A DNA stretch of 24,106 nt, taken from positions 1-24,106 of the IMG/VR virus record IMGVR_UViG_3300006851_000025; one strand, written 5' to 3'. Positions 8,553-15,782 of this stretch are shown piece by piece. The notes under the pieces were generated by a model. The model was not told the origin of the DNA, did no database searches, and saw nothing but the letters and a program-made list of their open reading frames with translations. This stretch comes from a virus. Its lineage: Duplodnaviria; Caudoviricetes. Position 1 is the stretch's first letter, and the number at the start of each line of letters is the position of its first letter. Both the position numbers and the translations under genes were made by a program.

Positions 8553-9896
8553 TTGAATAATAACACAAAAGTAAAACGCCGAAAAGGAAGAACTCACGAG
8601 GAGTTTGTTTCTATTGTAAAGAAACGTTACGGTGACGAGTATAGGATATTAAGCAGGTATACAACGAAAAGAAATAAAGTGCGTGTTCTCCATAGGGAGT
8701 GCGACAATGAATATGAGACTGTAGCCGGCAACCTAACAAGAGAAGGGCGTGGCAAGTGTCCGCATTGCAAATCGGCATGGAATAAATGGAGTCACGAAAG
8801 ATTCGAAACAGAATTGATAAAGAGGCGAGAAACGGAATATTCCTTGTTAAGCAAGTATAAAACAGCCAACCAAGACGTGAAAATCAAGCACAACAAATGC
8901 GGTTATATTTGGTGGGTTAAGGCTAAAAACATTTTAAGTGTGTCTGGTTGCCCCGAATGCGGTCACGCGCAAGCAATGGAGAAACAGGCGCTTACCCCTG
9001 AAAGTTATAAGTCAAGAATTAATGATAGATATAAGGGTGAATACACCTTATTGTCTAAGTATCGGAGAATGTCGCATCACGTTCAAATAAAGCATAATGA
9101 GTGCGGACATATATTCTCTAAAAGCGCGGCAGATGTGTTAGCTGGCTGTATGTGTCCTGTGTGCAAGGAAAAAGAGACGATGACGGCAGATAGATACAGA
9201 AAAACAGTACACGAATTGACCAATGGTGACTATTCCGTATTAGGTGAATATGTAAACACTAAAACCAAGATCGGAATTAAACATAACAAATGTGGTTATT
9301 ATTGGGAAATGGCTCCAGGAGGTTTCTTGTCGGGTAATAGATGCCCTAGATGTGCAGGAAACTTCAAATTGAACACAAAGGAATTTGCAGAACGCGTTGA
9401 TAGTTTAACTAACAATGAGTATGAATTGATCGGCGAATATGTTAAATCTATTGAAAAAGTCCAAATGAAACACAAAAAATGCGGTACTCTTTTTGAGATA
9501 ACCCCAAACCAGTTTACAAACGGAGGTCGCTGTCCAAGTTGCAGCAGAAGTTTAGGCGAATTAAAAGTGGAGTCGTTTCTCAAAATTAACAAAATAGACT
9601 TCCAACCGCAATACAGGTTCAATGATTGCCGTAATAAAAAGCCGTTACCGTTTGACTTTGCTCTTTTTGAAGAAGAAGAATTGCTGTGTCTTGTTGAATA
9701 TCATGGTAAACAACACTATGAACCCATTGATTATTTTGGGGGAGAAAAAGAATACCGTAAGAGAGTTAAGCTTGACGGTATAAAAGAAAAGTATTGTGAA
9801 CAGAATAAGATCCCCTTAATTGTTATTCCGTACTATGAGGAAGGCACAGAGAACTACTTAAAAAAAGAATTAAACAAACTGAAAACACTCGTTTAG
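8553..9896 (+). CDS. Zinc-ribbon repeat protein with C-terminal Vsr/PD-(D/E)XK-like nuclease (homing-endonuclease-like)
   Basis: Five HxxC...CPxC repeats, then SLGE..V..FL, PFDF, VEYHGKQHY, D..K...C....IPLIVIPY; TTG start with RBS AGGAG. Confidence 0.8.
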   Translation: MNNNTKVKRRKGRTHEEFVSIVKKRYGDEYRILSRYTTKRNKVRVLHRECDNEYETVAGNLTREGRGKCPHCKSAWNKWSHERFETELIKRRETEYSLLSKYKTANQDVKIKHNKCGYIWWVKAKNILSVSGCPECGHAQAMEKQALTPESYKSRINDRYKGEYTLLSKYRRMSHHVQIKHNECGHIFSKSAADVLAGCMCPVCKEKETMTADRYRKTVHELTNGDYSVLGEYVNTKTKIGIKHNKCGYYWEMAPGGFLSGNRCPRCAGNFKLNTKEFAERVDSLTNNEYELIGEYVKSIEKVQMKHKKCGTLFEITPNQFTNGGRCPSCSRSLGELKVESFLKINKIDFQPQYRFNDCRNKKPLPFDFALFEEEELLCLVEYHGKQHYEPIDYFGGEKEYRKRVKLDGIKEKYCEQNKIPLIVIPYYEEGTENYLKKELNKLKTLV

Positions 9897-9909
9897 GCGG
9901 GTGTTTTTT
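9883..9909 (+). terminator. Intrinsic terminator overlapping the stop codon
   Basis: AAACACTCGT..GCGGGTGTTT plus T tract. Confidence 0.75.
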
Positions 9910-9913
9910 ATTA

Positions 9914-9962
9914 TGCCCTGAATACGGCGTTAAACTGTTCAAAAGATTATGCCCGGGAGGCA
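9914..9962 (+). promoter_or_regulatory. Structured leader of the scaffold gene (putative H-type pseudoknot plus hairpin)
   Basis: UGCC(9914-17)/GGCG(9926-29), GAAUA(9920-24)/UGUUC(9936-40), UGCC-CGGGA-GGCA(9950-62). Confidence 0.45.
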
Positions 9963-9980
9963 AACAAGGAGTGAGGCTAG

Positions 9981-10679
9981 ATGCCTGTACAAAACAAAGA
10001 AATGAAGCCATTGAAATTAAACCTGCAATACTTTGCTGATGAAGGTAACCAAGGTGATACAAATCAAGATTCAACCGGTGCAGACAACCAAGGAGATACG
10101 CAACACCCATCTGATAACGATAACCAAAGTGGTAATACAGATGATTCAAAAACATACAGCGAGGATTACGTTAAAGATTTGAGGAGTGAAGCAGCAAAGT
10201 ATCGCACCAAAGCGAAAGAGTTAGAAACTCAATCGCAATCTCAACAGCAAGAAACGATCAAAAAGATGTTCGAGGCGTTGGGAATTGACCCTGATCCGAA
10301 CAAAGAGCTTGATAAACAGTTATCAGACGCTCAAACAAAAGCCCAGGAGGCAGAAAGAAAAGCTAATGATAAACTGATTCGATCAGAAATAAAATCCATC
10401 GGTGTGGATCTGAATCTGGTTGATCCAGAAGCAGCTTACGTTTTAGCCGATAAAGAAGGATTTAAGGTAAATGATGATGGTTCAGTCGAGGGTGTAAGAG
10501 AGTCATTGGAAAAGTTGCTTGAAGAGAAGCCTTATTTAAAACAAGTCGAAACAGAAACGAAGTCGGCATATCAGCCAGGAGCTACACAAAAAAGCAACGC
10601 CAATACAAAGGATCAAGACCCAAGAGCAATGGGCGCTGCACTAGCTGCGGCAAGACATAAAAAGGAGGATGACGAATAA
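9981..10679 (+). CDS. Capsid scaffolding protein
   Basis: LKLNLQYFA N-terminus, YVKDLRSEAAKYR coiled coil, LLEEKPYL; upstream of the capsid genes. Confidence 0.9.
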   Translation: MPVQNKEMKPLKLNLQYFADEGNQGDTNQDSTGADNQGDTQHPSDNDNQSGNTDDSKTYSEDYVKDLRSEAAKYRTKAKELETQSQSQQQETIKKMFEALGIDPDPNKELDKQLSDAQTKAQEAERKANDKLIRSEIKSIGVDLNLVDPEAAYVLADKEGFKVNDDGSVEGVRESLEKLLEEKPYLKQVETETKSAYQPGATQKSNANTKDQDPRAMGAALAAARHKKEDDE

Positions 10680-11023
10680 TGAATTTAAAACCACGCACGG
10701 ATTCAATTACTGTTCAAAATGAGATTCTTAAAACAACTCAAGGATTAATCTGGAAGGTTGCAGGCATCACACTAGATGGATCAGAGTTCCCAGCAGGTGT
10801 TGTTAAAGCAGGTACACCAGTACTTGTAGAAGACGGGGAATTAGCCGTTCCTTTTGAAGTAGAGGGAGAAGGGATCCCTTATGTCACTACACACGATGTT
10901 CATGCAGCGGATGGAGACAATGCTGTTGTTGGTGCTTTTGAAGAAGCTTATTTTGATAAAAAGAAAGTTAATCTATCAGATGAGTTTATCGAGGCAGCAG
11001 AAGGGCGATACAAGTTAAGATAA
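10679..11023 (+). CDS. Head decoration protein
   Basis: ITLD....VVKAGTP motif; between scaffold and capsid. Confidence 0.75.
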   Translation: MNLKPRTDSITVQNEILKTTQGLIWKVAGITLDGSEFPAGVVKAGTPVLVEDGELAVPFEVEGEGIPYVTTHDVHAADGDNAVVGAFEEAYFDKKKVNLSDEFIEAAEGRYKLR

Positions 11024-11052
11024 TAAAATTATTAAATTAGGAGGCTATAAAT

Positions 11053-12039
11053 ATGCCATTACACATGGATCAATTTAAAAAACCACAATTTCTTGGATAC
11101 GTAGAAAACGTTCCAGCGGAGAAAGATTATTTACTAGCAAACATTTTACCGAATAAACCAATTAACGATATGGACTTCACTTACAATGTTTTTAATGGAA
11201 AATATACGAAAGCAGCGAAGGTAACCGGTCTAAATGCTGGAGCACCTTTGCGAGATAAACAAGGCATCGATAAAGCGATGGGTTCAATCGCTAAGATTCA
11301 AACTTCTTTTCGTTTAGATGAGAAAGAAATGTTCCGTTTTAACAACCCACGTAATGATGCAGAGATACAAGATATTGCAGATTACATCCTGGATGAGACA
11401 GACGATCTTGTAAACAGCGTGTACGATACAGAGGAATGGATGAGAGCACAAGCCATCTATCATGGCGGCTTTAATTATAACCAGGATGGCGTAGTGATTG
11501 ATTTTGATTATGCCATTCCTGATGACAACAAAGTGAGTGCTACTGTTAAGTGGGACGATCCTAAATCTACACCACTGGATGACTTGCGCGCTGCGGTTAA
11601 ACAATACCGAAAAGCTAATAAAAACAAAAAGCCACAAGTTATGCATATTTCCGAGGAGACAGAAGCTAAGCTACTTTCTAACGAACAGATTAAATTGCAA
11701 ATTCGCGGAGTAGAGGATAAACGCCTGATCACTAAAGAAGATTTGCAAAACGTGCTTTCTTCCTTGTCTATCCCGCCGTATCAAGTGCAGGACGATATGA
11801 TTGATGTTGACGATGGTAATGGAGAACAAGCTTTATTGCCAGAGGATCGAATCGTATTTCTTGGTGCTGATCTTGGCTTTGTGGGAATCGGGCCAACAGC
11901 CGAACGGAATTGGGAGACTGGAATTTATGTGGTGCCTGAAATTCAAGAAACAAACCCGCCACAGCAAACAGTGTTCGTTGGTGAAACAGCATTCCCTGCA
12001 TTCCAACGTCCGTATGCTGTTGTTTGGTTAGATGTATAA
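11053..12039 (+). CDS. Major capsid protein (lambda gpE-like family)
   Basis: EEWMRAQAI..G, IDFDY.IP...K.....KW....S.PL.DL, E.NPP motifs; 328 aa. Confidence 0.9.
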   Translation: MPLHMDQFKKPQFLGYVENVPAEKDYLLANILPNKPINDMDFTYNVFNGKYTKAAKVTGLNAGAPLRDKQGIDKAMGSIAKIQTSFRLDEKEMFRFNNPRNDAEIQDIADYILDETDDLVNSVYDTEEWMRAQAIYHGGFNYNQDGVVIDFDYAIPDDNKVSATVKWDDPKSTPLDDLRAAVKQYRKANKNKKPQVMHISEETEAKLLSNEQIKLQIRGVEDKRLITKEDLQNVLSSLSIPPYQVQDDMIDVDDGNGEQALLPEDRIVFLGADLGFVGIGPTAERNWETGIYVVPEIQETNPPQQTVFVGETAFPAFQRPYAVVWLDV

Positions 12040-12068
12040 GCAAGGTCTTAATTGACTTTGCTTTTTTC
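12038..12068 (+). terminator. Intrinsic terminator after the capsid gene
   Basis: AAGCAAGGTC-TTAATT-GACTTTGCTT plus T tract. Confidence 0.85.
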
Positions 12069-12093
12069 ATATGAAAAATAAGGAGGAAAAGAA

Positions 12094-12348
12094 ATGCCAA
12101 AGTATATTGCTAATGGATATTTAGTCCATCATGGAAAAATAGTTCAAACAGGTAACGAAGTTGATTTGACGGATGAACAAGCGAACCATTTGGGAGATAA
12201 GGTTACTCCAGTTGAAGCCGCACCCGACAAGCCAGTTGAAGATAAAACAGTAGCTGAATTAAAAGAGCAAGCTAAACAGTTCGAGATTGAAGGTTACAAC
12301 AGCATGAACAAAGGTGAACTGATTGAAGCACTGCAAGAAGTGGAGTGA
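12094..12348 (+). CDS. Small protein with Rho-N/HeH-type C-terminal domain
   Basis: TVAELKEQAKQFEIEGYNSMNKGELIEAL. Confidence 0.8.
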   Translation: MPKYIANGYLVHHGKIVQTGNEVDLTDEQANHLGDKVTPVEAAPDKPVEDKTVAELKEQAKQFEIEGYNSMNKGELIEALQEVE

Positions 12349-12353
12349 TTGCG

Positions 12354-12695
12354 ATGATCACCAATGAAACTATTAAAGATTATCTTGATTGTATGTATGG
12401 CAATGAGCAGTTTAAAGAGATTGATAATACTGAGCAAGGAAAGATCATATTTAACGCTCATGAAGTACTAAAAGATAACTTCAAGGAAGACTCTATCACA
12501 GATCGTGCGGTCGCTCTACAAGTTTTGTACATGCTTGAGGGAGAGGAAGAAGAATACGCCAAGTTAAAGCGACATGGCGTGAAATCCTACAGCGTGAAGG
12601 GTGTTTCCGTAACGTTTGAAGGCACAGACATTGCACCTGCTGTTATTAAGTTGCTACAGCCGAAGCCTACGGCGAAAGTGGGGCGGTTAATATGA
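12354..12695 (+). CDS. Head-tail adaptor
   Basis: Position; GVKSYSVKGVSVTF; RBS GGAG favours ATG 12354. Confidence 0.75.
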   Translation: MITNETIKDYLDCMYGNEQFKEIDNTEQGKIIFNAHEVLKDNFKEDSITDRAVALQVLYMLEGEEEEYAKLKRHGVKSYSVKGVSVTFEGTDIAPAVIKLLQPKPTAKVGRLI

Positions 12696-13033
12696 TTCCA
12701 CCTATGCGACAGAAAGTGACCGCAAATGTACCTATTTTGGATGAAGGTGGGCAACCAATTACGGATAAGTACGGCAAACCTGAAACTAAACCGATTAACT
12801 CTAAAGCGCGCGTGCAATTTAAGTCGCAATTAGTCCGTGATGCGAACGGACAGGAGCGCCGGGTTAACCTTGAAATAGATATCCCGAGAAATTTCAATCC
12901 CGGACAAGGGGATGAAATAGATTACGTTACAGCAGGTGGAGATGAAGGCAGTGGATCCATTGTTGCCAAAGAAGAAGCTATTAATCTATCGGGTAGCAGG
13001 GTTCATTTTAGGACGGTGTATGTCGATGGTTAA
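12692..13033 (+). CDS. Head closure protein
   Basis: Position, DKYGKP motif, size. Confidence 0.7.
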   Translation: MIPPMRQKVTANVPILDEGGQPITDKYGKPETKPINSKARVQFKSQLVRDANGQERRVNLEIDIPRNFNPGQGDEIDYVTAGGDEGSGSIVAKEEAINLSGSRVHFRTVYVDG

Positions 13034-13514
13034 AAATGATGTATTTGAAATCCACTGGGAAGGCTTGGACGAATTTGCGGAAATTCTCGATAAGATGGAT
13101 AAAGAGTCCGAAAACATCATCATGGAAGAAATGACTAAGTTTGGCATGTTAGCAGAGGAAGGAACAAAGGCGCTTGTACATCATGATGAGGGTACGCTTG
13201 AAGATTCCATTAACTTCGATAAAGCTAAACGCGAAGGTGGTCAAATCGTTGTCCGTGGCGGTACGAATGTTGTTTATGCATTGCGCCGTCATGAAGAACC
13301 TTACCGAATGGGTATCCATGATAAATATTCGGAGGGTAAGAGATGGCCTAACTACTACGTTGCTGGGCGGGGTCGTGGCACTTGGAATAAACCAACATGG
13401 CGCGGATATCGTCCTGGTAGAAAGTACATGGAGAATGCCATTAAAGCCATTGAAGGCGATTATGACAAGATGAACACACGTGCATTAGAGCGCATATTGG
13501 AGATGGACTCATGA
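13026..13514 (+). CDS. HK97 gp10-like neck/tail completion protein
   Basis: WEGLDE, DEGTLEDSI, YALRRHE, GRKYMENA; start at MVKND. Confidence 0.8.
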   Translation: MVKNDVFEIHWEGLDEFAEILDKMDKESENIIMEEMTKFGMLAEEGTKALVHHDEGTLEDSINFDKAKREGGQIVVRGGTNVVYALRRHEEPYRMGIHDKYSEGKRWPNYYVAGRGRGTWNKPTWRGYRPGRKYMENAIKAIEGDYDKMNTRALERILEMDS

Positions 13515-13936
13515 TTCAAGAAGCGCTTATGAACGAACTCAAAACTATCATTCCGGGTTTAGCTTGGTCGGTAGACTATTACTATGCCGAGGATAATACA
13601 GGTACTGTCTACTCAACAGCAAGTGGTCAACCCGATCGTTACGATACAGAATATCGCTATCCCGGTTATCAGGTATGGATCCGTTCCTCTGACTGGGACT
13701 TTGCGAAACTTGCTGCAGAACTAACATATAAACAACTGCATAAGAAAAGTAATTTTCGCGTTTCCGTGGATTACGAAAAAGATGGACAAGTAGTGTTAAC
13801 CAAACATTACCTTGTCCTTTTTGTTATGGCTGCAAGTGATCCTCTGCGCATCGGAGACAACGAAGGAAACATGGAATACAGCGTCAACTTTGACGTGACT
13901 TTGAAAGAATTAAAGGAGGAAATTATAAATGGCTAA
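13511..13936 (+). CDS. Tail terminator protein
   Basis: YPGYQVWIRS, IGD.....EYSVNF; precedes the tail tube gene. Confidence 0.75.
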   Translation: MIQEALMNELKTIIPGLAWSVDYYYAEDNTGTVYSTASGQPDRYDTEYRYPGYQVWIRSSDWDFAKLAAELTYKQLHKKSNFRVSVDYEKDGQVVLTKHYLVLFVMAASDPLRIGDNEGNMEYSVNFDVTLKELKEEIING

Positions 13937-14507
13937 AAAAGAGTATATTTTTGGAGTAGCCGATATTGAAATTGGCGAAGGAAAAGATGCAATTAAGTTT
14001 GACGGTAAAGATTATCTGCAAGCGGAAGGTGGATCCTTAAACCTAGAACCACAATATGAAGAGTTCATATTCGAGGACTTTGGAGAAACGGTTGTAGAAC
14101 GACGTCTTTCTGGTTGGGAAGGAACGTTCACGGTTGTAGCGGGTCAAGAAGATGTTGAAATTTTAGAACTTGCACTTGCTTCAACGGAAGAAATCACAGA
14201 CACCGATGGTGGAGAGTCTGGAGCAATGGACGCTGCAATCGGAGCAAAAGTTAAAGGACGTAAAGTTCGCATTCATCCACGAATCTTGCCGGATAGCGTT
14301 AAAGACATGGACTGGAATATTTACAATATGGCTAGTATAGGTGGATTTGAGCGTGAATATAACCAAGAGCAAGGAAGCATTTCTATTGAGTTGACAATGA
14401 TGCCACGCGAAGGATTTGACGCATCTAAGCCGGGCAATTTCTTTTATCGTGGTGGCGTGGATCCGAATGCAGATGAAGAAGATGAGGATGATTCCCCAAA
14501 CGAATAA
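13929..14507 (+). CDS. Major tail tube protein
   Basis: Position, 192 aa, FG.ADI N-terminus, acidic C-terminal tail. Confidence 0.85.
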   Translation: MAKKEYIFGVADIEIGEGKDAIKFDGKDYLQAEGGSLNLEPQYEEFIFEDFGETVVERRLSGWEGTFTVVAGQEDVEILELALASTEEITDTDGGESGAMDAAIGAKVKGRKVRIHPRILPDSVKDMDWNIYNMASIGGFEREYNQEQGSISIELTMMPREGFDASKPGNFFYRGGVDPNADEEDEDDSPNE

Positions 14508-14519
14508 ACGCTATTCAAC

Positions 14520-14539
14520 AGCCATCACTGGCTTTTTTT
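14520..14539 (+). terminator. Intrinsic terminator nested within a 10-bp outer stem
   Basis: AGCCA-TCAC-TGGCT plus T tract; outer CGCTATTCAA(14509-18)/TTGAATAGCG(14545-54). Confidence 0.65.
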
Positions 14540-14575
14540 ATTGATTGAATAGCGGATAATCCAGGAGGTTAAACA

Positions 14576-14887
14576 ATGGCTAAATCAGATAAAGACGTTT
14601 TATACACCGAAGTTTACGGCGCAAAAGTTGGATTACCACAATACTACGATGAAAATGATGATCCGGTAGCAATATCAACTAATACACCGATGCCGGTGGC
14701 ATTAAGCGGAGTGGATAGCATTAAAGGAGAGCCTGGACCCGCCGGGGAAGACGGCAAGGATGGCGAGCCGGGTCCTCAGGGAGAACCTGGTCCAGCAGGC
14801 AAGGACGGATCTGACGGCAAAGACGCCGAACCACAATTTACAGAAGATGAAGTAGCGGCACTAAAAGAATTAATCAATGAAGAGTAG
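14576..14887 (+). CDS. Collagen-like protein
   Basis: 11 consecutive Gly-X-Y triplets (14726-14824); RBS AGGAGG. Confidence 0.85.
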   Translation: MAKSDKDVLYTEVYGAKVGLPQYYDENDDPVAISTNTPMPVALSGVDSIKGEPGPAGEDGKDGEPGPQGEPGPAGKDGSDGKDAEPQFTEDEVAALKELINEE

Positions 14888-14908
14888 GGATTCCCTGCTC
14901 TTTTTTTA
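14882..14908 (+). terminator. Intrinsic terminator
   Basis: AGAGTAGGG-ATT-CCCTGCTCT plus T tract. Confidence 0.8.
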
Positions 14909-14933
14909 TACACAAAATTAGGAGGAATAAACA

Positions 14934-15422
14934 ATGAAAGTAAATTTAAAAATTAAAGAAAATAACAAAGTAGAGACGATCCAACATGAGGTTGAGGAAC
15001 TGAATCTGTTCCAAGTGACGCGCGCTATTAAAGTGATTAAAGACGTTTTTAAGATTGCGCAAGAAGACGATAATTTACAAGCTCTTTTATCAGAGATGTT
15101 CGAAGAAGCGCAATCAGAAGAAGGAACTGATCAATCAGGACAAAACTTTGCACAACACCTCGTTGGCGCAATGGATATTCTGTTGGAAGAATTGCCCGAA
15201 AAGGCATTTGAATTGTTATCCATTTTATCAAATGTTGATTACGACACATTTGTTCAACAAAAACCGGAAGATGCACTTGATATCTATGATGCTGTTATCC
15301 AAGTGAATGATCTGGAGAAGTTAATCAATCGCGCAAAAAAGTCTTTGGCATTAACGAAAGCACAAACGAAAGTTATGAATCTTTTTCCGAAGAAAGAACA
15401 ACAGGAACAGAAGCAAGCATAG
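14934..15422 (+). CDS. Tail assembly chaperone (gpG-like)
   Basis: Between tail tube and tape measure; contains in-frame A AAA AAG. Confidence 0.85.
   Translation: MKVNLKIKENNKVETIQHEVEELNLFQVTRAIKVIKDVFKIAQEDDNLQALLSEMFEEAQSEEGTDQSGQNFAQHLVGAMDILLEELPEKAFELLSILSNVDYDTFVQQKPEDALDIYDAVIQVNDLEKLINRAKKSLALTKAQTKVMNLFPKKEQQEQKQA
15335..15341 (+). other. Programmed -1 frameshift site A AAA AAG
   Basis: GCA AAA AAG in frame 0; the -1 frame is open from here to the stop at 15748. Confidence 0.8.
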
Positions 15423-15748
15423 AAGAAGCTTTTATTTTTAAACTTTCAAATAAGCTTGGTGGCAGAAAGGAGATCGTGACAAGCCCGGCTGTGGAGTTAT
15501 TCAAATATATGGATATGGAATTGGAACAGGAACGAGAAAAAGCCGAGAGAGAAAAAGCAAGAATGTACATCCAATATCTATCAAATATATTTTCTCAACC
15601 ACAAGAGGGTAAGCCTGATCCTAAGTTCGCCCGCGCTAAAAAAGAATTTGAAAGTCTGTTAATGCCGAAAGGTAATCAAAAGGAAAAAGATGCGAAAACA
15701 TACGAGTGGGATTTTGACCCCAATGAATTAATAGAAAATAATGCGTAA
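15341..15748 (+). CDS. gpT-like frameshift extension of the tail chaperone (includes track ORF 15476..15748)
   Basis: Reads VFGINESTNESY...GGRKEIVTSPAVELF... with no stop; fusion about 271 aa. Confidence 0.75.
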   Translation, partial: VFGINESTNESYESFSEERTTGTEASIEEAFIFKLSNKLGGRKEIVTSPAVELFKYMDMELEQEREKAEREKARMYIQYLSNIFSQPQEGKPDPKFARAKKEFESLLMPKGNQKEKDAKTYEWDFDPNELIENNA

Positions 15749-15782
15749 GACAGAAAACAATACACAGGAAAGGAGGTAAATC

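Noticed and set aside
12020-12100. Capsid C-terminal frameshift extension
   Set aside because: No CCC-UAA or slippery heptamer at the end; a terminator follows directly
14495-14887. Simple frameshift fusion of tail tube to the collagen gene
   Set aside because: Two in-frame stops (14546, 14570) intervene and the collagen gene has its own RBS
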